64,000 nt of DNA from assembly GCF_022846255.1 (NCBI RefSeq), contig NZ_AP025682.1; one strand, 5' to 3'. This stretch comes from Escherichia coli. GTDB lineage: Bacteria; Pseudomonadota; Gammaproteobacteria; Enterobacterales; Enterobacteriaceae. Both the position numbers and the translations under genes were made by a program. Positions 20,879 through 35,095 of this stretch are shown one piece after another; position 1 is the stretch's first letter, and every line of letters starts with the position of its first letter. Under the pieces are notes generated by a model. The model saw nothing but the letters and a program-made list of their open reading frames with translations, was not told the DNA's origin and searched no databases.

Positions 20879-21751
20879 ATGACCATCTATACCTTATCTC
20901 ACGGGCCGCTAAAGCTGGACGTTTCTGATCAGGGCGGCGTAATCGAAGGCTTCTGGCGCGATACGACGCCGCTGCTACGTCCTGGTAAAAAAAGCGGTGT
21001 GGCAACCGATGCCTCTTGTTTTCCGCTGGTGCCGTTTGCAAACCGGGTGAGCGGCAATCGTTTTGTCTGGCAGGGGCGTGAGTATCAACTGCAACCGAAT
21101 GTTGAGTGGGATGCGCACTATCTGCACGGCGACGGCTGGCTGGGGCAGTGGCAATGTGTCTCGCGCAGCGAAGATAGCTTGTGTCTGGTGTATGAACATC
21201 GCAGCGGTGTTTATCACTATCGGGTAAGTCAGGCGTTTCATTTAACGGCAGATACGCTGACGGTGACGCTCTCTGTCACCAATCAAGGGGCAGAGACGCT
21301 GCCATTTGGTACCGGCTGGCATCCTTATTTTCCGTTGTCGCCGCAAACGCGGATTCAGGCACAGGCGAGCGGTTACTGGCTGGAGCGGGAGCAGTGGCTG
21401 GCGGGTGAATTTTGCGAGCAGCTACCGCAGGAACTGGATTTTAACCAGCTCACGCCGTTGCCGCGCCAGTGGGTAAACAATGGTTTTGCCGGATGGAATG
21501 GTAAGGCCCGCATCGAGCAGCCGCAGGAGGGTTATGCCATCATCATGGAAACGACGACACCTGCACCGTGTTATTTCATCTTTGTTTCAGACCCGGCGTT
21601 TGATAAAGGATATGCGTTTGATTTCTTCTGTCTGGAACCGATGAGCCATGCGCCGGATGACCATCATCGCCCGGAAGGTGGTGACCTCATTGCGCTTGCA
21701 CCAGGGGAATCAACAACTTCAGAGATGTCGTTGCGGGTTGCGTTACTGTAA
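20879..21751 (+). CDS. yphB: aldose 1-epimerase (mutarotase) family protein
   Basis: 290 aa; size and sequence consistent with galactose mutarotase-like fold. Confidence 0.8.
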   Translation: MTIYTLSHGPLKLDVSDQGGVIEGFWRDTTPLLRPGKKSGVATDASCFPLVPFANRVSGNRFVWQGREYQLQPNVEWDAHYLHGDGWLGQWQCVSRSEDSLCLVYEHRSGVYHYRVSQAFHLTADTLTVTLSVTNQGAETLPFGTGWHPYFPLSPQTRIQAQASGYWLEREQWLAGEFCEQLPQELDFNQLTPLPRQWVNNGFAGWNGKARIEQPQEGYAIIMETTTPAPCYFIFVSDPAFDKGYAFDFFCLEPMSHAPDDHHRPEGGDLIALAPGESTTSEMSLRVALL

Positions 21752-21760
21752 TTTATAAAA

Positions 21761-21792
21761 TGCCGGATAAGGCGTTCACGCCGCATCCGGCA
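21761..21792. repeat. REP element
   Basis: TGCCGGATAAGGCGTTCACGCCGCATCCGGCA palindrome between convergent yphB and yphA. Confidence 0.5.
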
Positions 21793-21798
21793 TCTTTC

Positions 21799-22221
21799 CT
21801 AACGGCGATCGAGAGAAATCGCCCCCGGCCCGGTAATTGCCAACAGCAGGAATGCGCCAGCGATACTGACATTCTTCCAGAAATTAATCATATTTGGCCC
21901 AACCGCATCGCCGGTCATATCCCAGTAATGGTGACCAATTACCGCTGTACCCAGCGTGTAGAAAATAAACAGCACCGCCAGCGGACGGGTGAAAAAGCCA
22001 AGCACGATTAATATCGCGGCGGGCACTTCCATAACTACCGCAATAATCGCTGCCAGCATCGGCATTGGCGCGCCCAGCGAGGCCATATATTGGACCGTAC
22101 CGTCAAAGCCCATCATTTTGGGAAAACCAAAAATAATGAAAATTAAGACCACGGCGATACGGGCAATTAATAACAAAACGGGGCGTGCAGCACCAAAATC
22201 AAAATAACGTAGTGTGTTCAT
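21799..22221 (-). CDS. yphA: DoxX-family inner-membrane protein
   Basis: 140 aa from the internal ATG (MNTLRYFDF...); four hydrophobic helices. Confidence 0.8.
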
Positions 22222-22317
22222 AACCAATCCCTTTGCAAGATAATGTGATTTAAACGTAATACACACTCTGGCACCTCGCCACGCCCCAGGAGTTGAGATA
22301 TTCGCTAATTGTCCTGG

Positions 22318-23529
<1,212 letters not shown>

Positions 23530-24342
23530 TTAAAGATCCAGCCCAGCCGCTACGTGGCGAATGCCGCGAATCGCTAAACCCGCATCAGCGTTGATCATCA
23601 CACCGCTTAATGCGCGATTATTGCGCCGCGATGCCAACATCACATACGGACCCGTAAAATCCGCCGGTTGCGGGAAAAATTGCAGCGGTAATATGGCGGC
23701 AATTTTCTCCGGCGTCAGAGACTGCATTATCGAGGTTTCACTTTGCCCGAGCGCCTGTGGGCCGCGCAGGTCGCTGGCCATACCACACGGGCCGACGCCA
23801 TTCACCCGCACTTTCGGTGCCAGTTCATAAGCCAGTTGGCGAATAAGTCCGGTTGCGGCATGTTTACTGGCGGTGTACAGCGGGCCACCGCCGCCGGGAT
23901 ACCAGGCGGCATTTGACAGTGTGAAAATCATGCTGCCTTCACTGGCGATTAACGCCGGAGCGCAGGCTTTTGCGCCCAGCAGGTAACCGAGTACGTTGAC
24001 GTTAAACAGCTCGTGGAAGCCGGTTTCGAGCGTCTCTGCGGGAGTATTAACCAGTGAGGCATTGTGATCCCAGATGCCCGCATTGCCGATAAAACAATCC
24101 AGTTTGCCAGAACGAGTCAGGATCTGATCGATCGCGCGTTGATAATCGGTATAACAGGTCACGTTGCCTTCCACCGCCAGAATATGTTCACCAAATCGCT
24201 GACGCAGACTGGCGACTTTCGCCGCCGACAGTTCCAACGTGGCAACCTGCGCGCCTTCTTCGATAAATCGCTCGACCAGCGCCAGGCCTAATCCCGAACC
24301 GCCGCCGGTAATAAAGATGGACTCGTTATGCAGATCGCTCAT
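23530..24342 (-). CDS. hcaB: cis-dihydrodiol dehydrogenase (SDR family)
   Basis: 270 aa short-chain dehydrogenase ([13 protein letters not shown] catalytic motif). Confidence 0.92.
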   Translation of the reverse strand: MSDLHNESIFITGGGSGLGLALVERFIEEGAQVATLELSAAKVASLRQRFGEHILAVEGNVTCYTDYQRAIDQILTRSGKLDCFIGNAGIWDHNASLVNTPAETLETGFHELFNVNVLGYLLGAKACAPALIASEGSMIFTLSNAAWYPGGGGPLYTASKHAATGLIRQLAYELAPKVRVNGVGPCGMASDLRGPQALGQSETSIMQSLTPEKIAAILPLQFFPQPADFTGPYVMLASRRNNRALSGVMINADAGLAIRGIRHVAAGLDL

Positions 24343-24658
24343 GGCTGCGCCTCCGGTAAGTCGATGAAGATGTCACCACCTTCAACGTGTACTGGATAAG
24401 TGGTTAGCGGATCGGTGGCGGGCAGGCATAATGCTTTCCCCGTTTTCAGGCAAAAACTGGCGGCGTGCAGCGGGCACTCCACCGTGGCGTCATCTTCCAG
24501 ATACCCTTCTGACATCGACGCATTACCATGGCTGCAACGATCGTTAATGGCATAAAACTCGCCGCCTACGTTGAACAGGGCGATGACGGGCGAGGTATCG
24601 ATCCGGAGAGCCTCACCCTCCGGCACATCCGCAACGGGACACGCATAAATTCGATTCA

Positions 24659-24659
<1 letters not shown>
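24339..24659 (-). CDS. hcaC: Rieske-type ferredoxin of the 3-phenylpropionate dioxygenase
   Basis: 106 aa; Rieske ligands CSH...CPLH; 4-nt overlap with hcaB. Confidence 0.92.
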
Positions 24660-26571
<1,912 letters not shown>

Positions 26572-26670
26572 CTATTTTTGTGCCATAAGGATGTTGCTGG
26601 TTGGTTGCTGATATGTGAAATAGTTAATTTCTACCAGCTGAGACGTTTTTTCGATAACAAGGGGAAGGTG

Positions 26671-27561
26671 ATGGAACTACGGCATTTACGCTATTTCGTC
26701 GCAGTGGCGCAGGCACTGAACTTTACCCGTGCGGCGGAAAAACTGCATACCTCACAGCCTTCGTTAAGCAGCCAGATCCGCGATCTTGAAAACTGTGTCG
26801 GTGTTCCGTTACTGGTGAGGGATAAGCGCAAAGTCGCGTTGACGGCGGCGGGAGAATGTTTTCTCCAGGACGCGCTGGCAATCCTCGAACAAGCGGAAAA
26901 TGCCAAATTACGGGCGCGGAAAATTGTTCAGGAAGACAGACAATTAACCATTGGCTTTGTGCCATCGGCGGAAGTGAATTTACTGCCAAAAGTATTACCG
27001 ATGTTTCGTCTCAGACAGCCAGACACCTTAATTGAGCTGGTGAGTTTAATCACCACGGAACAGGAAGAAAAAATTCGCCGTGGTGAACTCGACGTCGGCT
27101 TAATGCGCCATCCCGTTTATAGCCCGGAGATTGATTATCTGGAGCTTTTTGACGAACCATTAGTGGTGGTGTTACCGGTTGATCACCCTTTAGCACATGA
27201 AAAAGAGATCACTGCCGCGCAACTGGATGGCGTGAATTTCGTCAGTACTGATCCAGCGTATTCCGGTTCGCTTGCGCCGATCGTTAAAGCGTGGTTTGCG
27301 CAAGAAAACAGCCAGCCAAATATCGTCCAGGTGGCAACGAATATTCTGGTGACCATGAATCTGGTGGGGATGGGGCTGGGCGTCACTTTGATACCCGGTT
27401 ATATGAATAATTTTAATACCGGCCAGGTGGTATTTCGACCCATTGCCGGAAATGTGCCTGCCATTGCTTTACTGATGGCGTGGAAAAAAGGGGAGATGAA
27501 GCCGGCATTACGCGATTTCATCGCCATTGTGCAGGAACGTTTGGCATGCGTAACGGCATAA
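26671..27561 (+). CDS. hcaR: LysR-type transcriptional activator of the hca operon
   Basis: 296 aa from ATG 26671 (MELRHLRYFVAVAQALNFTRAAEKLHTSQPSLSSQI = LysR HTH); divergent from hcaE. Confidence 0.92.
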   Translation: MELRHLRYFVAVAQALNFTRAAEKLHTSQPSLSSQIRDLENCVGVPLLVRDKRKVALTAAGECFLQDALAILEQAENAKLRARKIVQEDRQLTIGFVPSAEVNLLPKVLPMFRLRQPDTLIELVSLITTEQEEKIRRGELDVGLMRHPVYSPEIDYLELFDEPLVVVLPVDHPLAHEKEITAAQLDGVNFVSTDPAYSGSLAPIVKAWFAQENSQPNIVQVATNILVTMNLVGMGLGVTLIPGYMNNFNTGQVVFRPIAGNVPAIALLMAWKKGEMKPALRDFIAIVQERLACVTA

Positions 27562-27720
27562 TTACGCATTATTTTTGCAACATGCGTCGCGGCTCGCAGT
27601 TTTTTAGTGCTTGTGAACTGGCGTTACAGACATCAGGAAGCAGGCTCGAATATTCTTATTTTTCAACTTGCACCAACATTCGATTAACCCCAGACTAACG
27701 CCTCCTGACGGGAGGGACTC

Positions 27721-28860
27721 ATGGTTTTGCAATCCACGCGCTGGTTGGCGCTCGGCTATTTCACATACTTTTTTAGTTACGGCATTTTTCTACCTTTCTG
27801 GAGCGTCTGGCTTAAAGGGATTGGTTTAACGCCAGAAACCATCGGCCTGTTATTGGGGGCGGGTCTGGTTGCCCGTTTCCTCGGGAGTTTGCTCATCGCG
27901 CCCCGCGTCAGCGATCCTTCCCGCCTGATTTCCGCCTTGCGCGTGCTGGCACTGCTGACACTTCTCTTTGCTGTCGCCTTCTGGGCGGGGGCGCACGTAG
28001 CGTGGCTGATGCTGGTGATGATTGGCTTTAACCTCTTTTTCTCACCGCTGGTACCGTTGACCGATGCACTGGCGAATACGTGGCAAAAGCAGTTCCCGCT
28101 TGATTACGGCAAAGTGAGACTGTGGGGCTCGGTGGCGTTTGTCATTGGCTCGGCGCTGACGGGCAAACTGGTCAGTATGTTTGATTATCGGGTGATCCTC
28201 GCGCTGTTGACGTTGGGCGTGGCATCCATGCTGCTCGGCTTTCTCATCCGTCCGACGATTCAGCCACAAGGGGCAAGCCGCCAGCAGGAGAGCACCGGCT
28301 GGTCTGCGTGGTTGGCGTTGGTTCGCCAGAACTGGCGCTTTCTGGCCTGCGTTTGTTTATTGCAGGGGGCACATGCGGCCTATTACGGTTTTAGCGCCAT
28401 TTACTGGCAGGCAGCTGGCTACTCGGCCTCGGCGGTGGGGTATTTGTGGTCGCTGGGCGTGGTGGCGGAAGTCATTATCTTTGCGCTGAGTAATAAACTT
28501 TTCCGCCGTTGTAGTGCACGCGATATGCTGTTGATCTCGGCGATTTGCGGCGTAGTGCGCTGGGGCATTATGGGAGCAACGACGGCGTTGCCGTGGTTGA
28601 TAGTGGTGCAAATTCTGCATTGCGGTACCTTCACGGTCTGCCACCTGGCTGCCATGCGCTATATTGCTGCTCGCCAGGGTAGCGAAGTCATCCGTTTACA
28701 GGCGGTTTACTCTGCCGTCGCGATGGGCGGCAGTATCGCCATCATGACCGTTTTCGCCGGTTTCCTGTATCAATATCTCGGCCACGGCGTGTTCTGGGTG
28801 ATGGCGCTGGTGGCGCTTCCGGCAATGTTTTTGCGCCCGAAAGTTGTTACCTCATGCTGA
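27721..28860 (+). CDS. hcaT: MFS transporter (putative 3-phenylpropionate permease)
   Basis: 379 aa, 12 predicted TM helices. Confidence 0.88.
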   Translation: MVLQSTRWLALGYFTYFFSYGIFLPFWSVWLKGIGLTPETIGLLLGAGLVARFLGSLLIAPRVSDPSRLISALRVLALLTLLFAVAFWAGAHVAWLMLVMIGFNLFFSPLVPLTDALANTWQKQFPLDYGKVRLWGSVAFVIGSALTGKLVSMFDYRVILALLTLGVASMLLGFLIRPTIQPQGASRQQESTGWSAWLALVRQNWRFLACVCLLQGAHAAYYGFSAIYWQAAGYSASAVGYLWSLGVVAEVIIFALSNKLFRRCSARDMLLISAICGVVRWGIMGATTALPWLIVVQILHCGTFTVCHLAAMRYIAARQGSEVIRLQAVYSAVAMGGSIAIMTVFAGFLYQYLGHGVFWVMALVALPAMFLRPKVVTSC

Positions 28861-30132
28861 TTCGAGCATTTTGCGGATCTGCTCCTGTTGATGTGTTGTC
28901 AATGTCAGGTCCGTATAGATCAGCGGTGGTGAAAAGAGCGGTAACGGCATGGTATAAGGCGCAATAATCAGTGCCGCGCCGCGCGGAGCGCCTGTCTGCA
29001 AAAATGCCTTTACCGACATATGTTTAATGTTGAGCGGCAGTAACGTTAGTTCGCGTAGCTGCTGCTCAATCTGCGCTTCTCGCTCGCTATCATTCCCGGT
29101 CAGTAGAATAATCTGTTTCTCATGCAGGTCGTTTTCCTGCATTAGCCAGGCACCAAAAATCACCGCTACCAGACCGCTTTCCTCATCAGAAAGATGGACG
29201 CCGTATTCACTTTCAAATCCGGCCAGCGCCGCGCGGGTGGTGCGCACCAGGCGTGGATACAGGCGGGCGAACTCTTCCGGCAGGGTGTTATCAATACCGA
29301 TGGCAAACAAACTGCGATTTAACGCCTGGGCGAGGTGGGTATAAAGCTGATCGCATAACCCCTGTTCATCATAAAAACGAACATTTCCCAGCTCACGAAA
29401 GTGGTTTACCAGACGTTTGATAGACTGACGCAGTTGTCTGTCCCGCTGATGCGCATCCCGCAGTGGATCGGGAACCCGCAACATGGAAAAGAGTAGAGCC
29501 ATAAACAGTGGCTCATCAGGCGGTACAGGCTGGAGTGCCCGACGCTGCCAGTGGCGTCCAATTTCCTGCGCTACCTGAAATTCAAGGCAGGATTCTGCCC
29601 AGCGACGTTGGAGCGGATTAAACTGAGGCGTAATTCCAGCGTGATGTTGCAACAAACAATATTGCAAATACAGACACAGGAAATGAATATCGCGCGTTTC
29701 AAAGCGTTTTTGCAGCCGTCGGGAGCAGAGATTCACTAACGCTTGTAGATTGGTATCGTCGTAAAAGTTACGCGCAATTCCGCGCCGCTTCAGTTCACTC
29801 TTCAGGGCGGGGGTGAATCGGCTGGTAATAAATGACGGACACAGACGGAAACCACGTCGTAGCCAGTGAAATAAACACAAACGTTGGTTAAGCACTGTAC
29901 CTTCAACCCGGTAGCTGCCGTCATAACCAGTAGTCAGTGTGAGTTGATGATAGCGCAGGATCTCCCGTCCTGTTTCGCTGATATCAAGACTGGCAATATC
30001 ATCATCCACACCATTAAGCTCGCTGAAAGTTGCCGTGGTGGCGGTCAACCCCGGCTGAAAGAGCGTCAGCAAGATCTGGCAGCGGCGCTGGGGAGCCGAA
30101 AGGACAGATGGTGGAGCAAGCGTAGGCATCAT
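28852..30132 (-). CDS. csiE: stationary-phase-inducible protein CsiE
   Basis: 426 aa from the MMPTLAPPSVL start; 3' end overlaps the hcaT 3' end by 9 nt (convergent). Confidence 0.85.
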   Translation of the reverse strand: MMPTLAPPSVLSAPQRRCQILLTLFQPGLTATTATFSELNGVDDDIASLDISETGREILRYHQLTLTTGYDGSYRVEGTVLNQRLCLFHWLRRGFRLCPSFITSRFTPALKSELKRRGIARNFYDDTNLQALVNLCSRRLQKRFETRDIHFLCLYLQYCLLQHHAGITPQFNPLQRRWAESCLEFQVAQEIGRHWQRRALQPVPPDEPLFMALLFSMLRVPDPLRDAHQRDRQLRQSIKRLVNHFRELGNVRFYDEQGLCDQLYTHLAQALNRSLFAIGIDNTLPEEFARLYPRLVRTTRAALAGFESEYGVHLSDEESGLVAVIFGAWLMQENDLHEKQIILLTGNDSEREAQIEQQLRELTLLPLNIKHMSVKAFLQTGAPRGAALIIAPYTMPLPLFSPPLIYTDLTLTTHQQEQIRKMLESA

Positions 30133-30322
30133 CTGTAGATCTCCCATAAGCATAATTGATAAGAATAGCTAAAGTTTGCTCAGGGAAATGGCGAAGGGAA
30201 TGCTAATCATCAGAAATGTTGGCAAGCATCACAGAATTTTTCTCATTTTAAACTGTTCTGACCAGTGGATTAGCATGTCTTAAGGTGGTTTTGTGAATGA
30301 TTATCGTGCTAGTGATCATGGG

Positions 30323-31177
30323 TTAGTTCTGCGGATTCAACGCGCTAAGAATAAAATCCACCATCTGTTCGCGATAAACATCGCCGTGACGATCGGAAAA
30401 AGCATCAATGTGTTCGCCATCCGGGATTAGGATCAACCGTTTTGGTTCTTTTGCCAGGCTATACAACTTTTCACTGTGCTGCCATGGGATAACGTGATCA
30501 GCTTTACCGTGAATGAGTAAAAGCGGGATCGGGCTGACGCTGGCGATGTAATTTTCGCCGCTGTAACTCTCATCAAGTAAGTAGCCACTGCCGGGGATCA
30601 TCTGGTTGGCAATGGTCGCATAAGAGGCAAATGTGGAGTCGAGGATCACCGCACGTATGCCTTCACGATCACCCTGACCAATAACATCCAGAATATTCGC
30701 CCCGCCAATACTCTGCCCGAACAGCACCAGCCGTTGTGGGTTTACATCGCTGCGATGGCGCACCACATTGATGGCACTTTGCGTATCGTCCAGCAATCCG
30801 GCCTGGGACGGTGTGCCTTTTGATTTACCAAACCCGCGATAATCAAACATAAAAACGTTGAAATTACGCTCGGGTAACCAACTGACCAGCGGCCAGTGGG
30901 CGGACATATTTCCGGCATTGCCGTGAGCATGAATGATGGTTGCGATGGCGTTGTCAGCAGGGCCCGTCGAAGAAGGAATAAACCAGCCTTGCAGACGAGT
31001 ACCGTCCTTAGCCGTAAATTCGACGGATTCCGCCGACCAGGGGTCGGGACCGTATATTTTATCGTCAGGATAATAGAAGAAGTTGATGGCGACGCGCGGC
31101 ACTAAATAAACGCAGAAGGCAACAACAAAGAGAATAAACAGAATTTTGAGAACGCGTTTGTTCACTGGCAGCGCCAT
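30323..31177 (-). CDS. yfhR: alpha/beta-hydrolase (S9-type peptidase/esterase family) membrane-anchored protein
   Basis: 284 aa from the internal ATG (MALPVNKRVLKILFILFVVAF TM anchor); nucleophile elbow GQSIGG. Confidence 0.85.
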   Translation of the reverse strand: MALPVNKRVLKILFILFVVAFCVYLVPRVAINFFYYPDDKIYGPDPWSAESVEFTAKDGTRLQGWFIPSSTGPADNAIATIIHAHGNAGNMSAHWPLVSWLPERNFNVFMFDYRGFGKSKGTPSQAGLLDDTQSAINVVRHRSDVNPQRLVLFGQSIGGANILDVIGQGDREGIRAVILDSTFASYATIANQMIPGSGYLLDESYSGENYIASVSPIPLLLIHGKADHVIPWQHSEKLYSLAKEPKRLILIPDGEHIDAFSDRHGDVYREQMVDFILSALNPQN

Positions 31178-31321
31178 AACCTTTCCTTGCGACTTCTTTA
31201 TCATCCATTAATCGGGGAAAGATGGTGGGAGAGTGACGAAAGAAAGTAAAGCGGTGAGGAAGTATTTCGGAATAGCGCCTGAAAGGCGAGGGCGGGTGAG
31301 TGATATCACCCGCCTGAGTCA

Positions 31322-32125
31322 TTAACGCTTCAGAGCGTCGCTTAACTCGTCACGCATGTTCGCCAGCATGGCTTTAACAACGCGCGGGTTACCAGCAACG
31401 ATGTTACCGGTCAGCATATAGTTATGACCACCGGTGAAGTCGCTGACGATGCCGCCTGCTTCACGAACCAGCAGCTCGCCTGCCGCGAAATCCCACGGGC
31501 GCAGACCGATTTCAAAGAAACCGTCAACACGACCCGCAGCGACGTAAGCCAGATCCAGCGCCGCAGAACCGGTACGACGGAAGTCTGCACATTCGTTGAA
31601 CAGTTTGCCGACGATATTGATGTAGGTAGTGGCGTACTGTTTTGCTTTGAACGGGAAGCCGGTCGCCAGAATAGTACCGTCGAGATCGCGAGCGGTGCTG
31701 CCGCGCAGACGGTAGCCGTTCAGCTGTGCGCCCTGACCGCGAGTGGCGGTGAACAGTTCGTTACGCATAGGATCGTATACCACAGCAACTTCGGTGCGGC
31801 CTTTGATACGAACGGCGATAGATACCGCGAAGTGCGGCAGACGTTTGATAAAGTTGGTAGTGCCATCCAGTGGATCGATAACCCATTGAACATCCTGATC
31901 GGTACCTTCAAGTTCACCGCTTTCTTCGGTGATGATGGTGTGCTGTGGGTAAGATTTACGAATCGTGTCGATAATCACCGCTTCGGCAGCTTTATCTACG
32001 TTGGTCACGAAATCGTTACTGCCTTTCTGGCTCGCTTCTACAGCGTCCGGGGTTTCATAGTTTTTGGCAATTAAATTACCCGCCTTGCGCGCTGCGCGCA
32101 CGGCGATGTTCAGCATCGGATGCAT
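31322..32125 (-). CDS. suhB: inositol monophosphatase
   Basis: 267 aa; IMPase motifs WVIDPLDGTTNF and FEIGLRPWDFAAG. Confidence 0.95.
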   Translation of the reverse strand: MHPMLNIAVRAARKAGNLIAKNYETPDAVEASQKGSNDFVTNVDKAAEAVIIDTIRKSYPQHTIITEESGELEGTDQDVQWVIDPLDGTTNFIKRLPHFAVSIAVRIKGRTEVAVVYDPMRNELFTATRGQGAQLNGYRLRGSTARDLDGTILATGFPFKAKQYATTYINIVGKLFNECADFRRTGSAALDLAYVAAGRVDGFFEIGLRPWDFAAGELLVREAGGIVSDFTGGHNYMLTGNIVAGNPRVVKAMLANMRDELSDALKR

Positions 32126-32243
32126 CGGTCTCTCTCACTGGATGTTAAAGAACGGGAAAACGGCGCAGAGTATAGCAGCGAGATCGGCATCTGTCTTCGT
32201 TTTATGATAAGATGCGTGAATAATCTTTAGATGAAGAAAGACA

Positions 32244-32984
32244 ATGCTGCAAAATATTCGAATTGTGCTGGTGGAGACGTCACACACCGGCAATATGGGT
32301 TCTGTTGCCCGTGCCATGAAAACAATGGGATTAACCAATCTGTGGCTGGTTAATCCACTAGTGAAACCTGACTCCCAGGCGATTGCCCTGGCAGCAGGAG
32401 CCAGCGATGTGATTGGTAATGCTCACATCGTCGATACGCTCGACGAAGCGTTAGCCGGTTGTAGTCTGGTGGTGGGCACCAGCGCTCGCTCCCGCACGCT
32501 GCCGTGGCCGATGCTCGACCCGCGCGAATGCGGTCTGAAAAGCGTCGCTGAAGCGGCAAATACCCCGGTGGCGCTGGTGTTTGGTCGCGAGCGCGTCGGC
32601 TTGACCAATGAAGAGTTGCAGAAATGCCATTATCATGTCGCGATTGCGGCTAACCCGGAATACAGTTCGCTGAACCTGGCGATGGCGGTTCAGGTTATTG
32701 CCTATGAAGTGCGCATGGCCTGGCTGGCAACTCAGGAAAATGGCGAGCAGGTCGAGCATGAAGAGACGCCGTATCCGCTGGTCGATGATCTGGAGCGTTT
32801 TTATGGTCATCTGGAGCAAACGCTGCTGGCAACCGGTTTTATCCGTGAAAACCATCCGGGGCAGGTGATGAATAAATTGCGCCGTCTGTTTACCCGTGCA
32901 CGCCCGGAAAGCCAGGAATTGAATATCCTGCGCGGGATTCTGGCTTCTATTGAGCAGCAGAATAAAGGTAACAAGGCCGAATAA
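32244..32984 (+). CDS. trmJ: tRNA (cytidine/uridine-2'-O-)-methyltransferase TrmJ (SpoU family)
   Basis: 246 aa SPOUT methyltransferase ([25 protein letters not shown]). Confidence 0.93.
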
Positions 32985-32991
32985 CAGTGGT

Positions 32992-33078
32992 TGCCTGATG
33001 CGATGCTTAACGCGTCTTATCAGGCCTGTAAGTGCACGGAATCCCAGGTCGGATAAGGTGTTCACACCGCATCCGACA
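32992..33078. repeat. pair of REP-like palindromes (BIME-like) downstream of trmJ
   Basis: GCCTGATGCG...CGTCTTATCAGGC and GTCGGATAAGGTGTTCACACCGCATCCGAC. Confidence 0.5.
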
Positions 33079-33139
33079 ACAGGTACAAACGCCACGATAA
33101 AAAATGGCACTGAAGGTTAAATACCCGACTAAATCAGTC

Positions 33140-33215
33140 AAGTAAATAGTTGACCAATTTACTCGGGAATGTCAGACTTGACCCTGCTATGCAATACCCC
33201 CACTTTTACAATAAA
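33140..33215 (+). promoter_or_regulatory. iscR promoter region with IscR autoregulatory sites
   Basis: ATAGTTGACCAATTTACTCGGGAATGTCAGACTTGACCC: two TTGACC elements within AT-rich dyad-like sequence 40-110 bp upstream of iscR, consistent with known type-1 IscR operators. Confidence 0.5.
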
Positions 33216-33253
33216 AAACCCCGGGCAGGGGCGAGTTTGAGGTGAAGTAAGAC

Positions 33254-33742
33254 ATGAGACTGACATCTAAAGGGCGCTATGCCGTGACCGCAATGCTTGA
33301 CGTTGCGCTCAACTCTGAAGCGGGCCCGGTACCGTTGGCTGATATTTCCGAACGTCAGGGAATTTCCCTTTCTTATCTGGAACAACTGTTTTCCCGTCTG
33401 CGTAAAAATGGTCTGGTTTCCAGCGTACGTGGACCAGGCGGTGGTTATCTGTTAGGCAAAGATGCCAGCAGCATCGCCGTTGGCGAAGTGATTAGCGCCG
33501 TTGACGAATCTGTAGATGCCACCCGTTGTCAGGGTAAAGGCGGCTGCCAGGGCGGCGATAAATGCCTGACCCACGCGCTGTGGCGTGATTTGAGCGACCG
33601 TCTTACCGGTTTTCTCAATAACATTACTTTAGGCGAACTGGTTAATAACCAGGAAGTGCTGGATGTGTCTGGTCGTCAGCATACTCACGACGCGCCACGC
33701 ACCCGCACACAAGACGCGATCGACGTTAAGTTACGCGCTTAA
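33254..33742 (+). CDS. iscR: Fe-S cluster regulator IscR (Rrf2 family)
   Basis: 162 aa; Rrf2 HTH and cluster-ligand cysteines ([13 protein letters not shown]). Confidence 0.96.
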
Positions 33743-33853
33743 TAAAAAGAATTCAGAATCAGGCCGGAGTGCCAAACACTCCGTAAACACGGTCGTACAT
33801 CCAGCCGGTAGCCTGGTTCCTTGCATTGAGTGATGTACGGAGTTTATAGAGCA

Positions 33854-35068
33854 ATGAAATTACCGATTTATCTCGACTACTCCGCAACCACGCCGGTGGA
33901 CCCGCGTGTTGCCGAGAAAATGATGCAGTTTATGACGATGGACGGAACCTTTGGTAACCCGGCCTCCCGTTCTCACCGTTTCGGCTGGCAGGCTGAAGAA
34001 GCGGTAGATATCGCCCGTAATCAGATTGCCGATCTGGTCGGCGCTGATCCGCGTGAAATCGTCTTTACCTCTGGTGCAACCGAATCTGACAACCTGGCGA
34101 TCAAAGGTGCAGCCAACTTTTATCAGAAAAAAGGCAAGCACATCATCACCAGTAAAACCGAACATAAAGCGGTACTGGATACCTGCCGTCAGCTGGAGCG
34201 CGAAGGTTTTGAAGTCACTTACCTGGCACCGCAGCGTAATGGCATTATCGACCTGAAAGAACTCGAAGCAGCGATGCGTGACGACACCATCCTTGTTTCC
34301 ATCATGCACGTAAATAACGAAATCGGCGTGGTGCAGGATATCGCGGCTATCGGCGAAATGTGCCGTGCTCGTGGCATTATCTATCACGTTGATGCAACCC
34401 AGAGCGTGGGCAAACTGCCTATCGACCTGAGCCAGTTGAAAGTTGACCTGATGTCTTTCTCCGGTCACAAAATCTATGGCCCGAAAGGTATTGGTGCGCT
34501 GTATGTGCGTCGTAAACCGCGCGTACGTATCGAAGCACAAATGCATGGCGGCGGTCACGAGCGCGGTATGCGTTCCGGCACTCTGCCTGTTCACCAGATC
34601 GTCGGTATGGGCGAAGCCTATCGCATCGCAAAAGAAGAGATGGCGACCGAGATGGAACGTCTGCGCGGCCTGCGTAACCGTCTGTGGAACGGCATCAAAG
34701 ATATCGAAGAAGTTTACCTGAACGGTGACCTGGAACACGGTGCGCCGAACATTCTCAACGTCAGCTTCAACTACGTTGAAGGTGAGTCGCTGATTATGGC
34801 GCTGAAAGACCTCGCGGTTTCTTCAGGTTCCGCCTGTACGTCAGCAAGCCTCGAACCGTCCTACGTGCTGCGCGCGCTGGGGCTGAACGACGAGCTGGCA
34901 CATAGCTCTATCCGTTTCTCTTTAGGTCGTTTTACTACTGAAGAAGAGATCGACTACACCATCGAGTTAGTTCGTAAATCCATCGGTCGTCTGCGTGACC
35001 TTTCTCCGCTGTGGGAAATGTACAAGCAGGGCGTGGATCTGAACAGCATCGAATGGGCTCATCATTAA
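33854..35068 (+). CDS. iscS: cysteine desulfurase IscS
   Basis: 404 aa from ATG 33854 ([15 protein letters not shown]); PLP lysine in [12 protein letters not shown]; catalytic Cys in SSGSACTS. Confidence 0.96.
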
Positions 35069-35095
35069 TCGGTATCGGAATCAGGAGAATTTATA

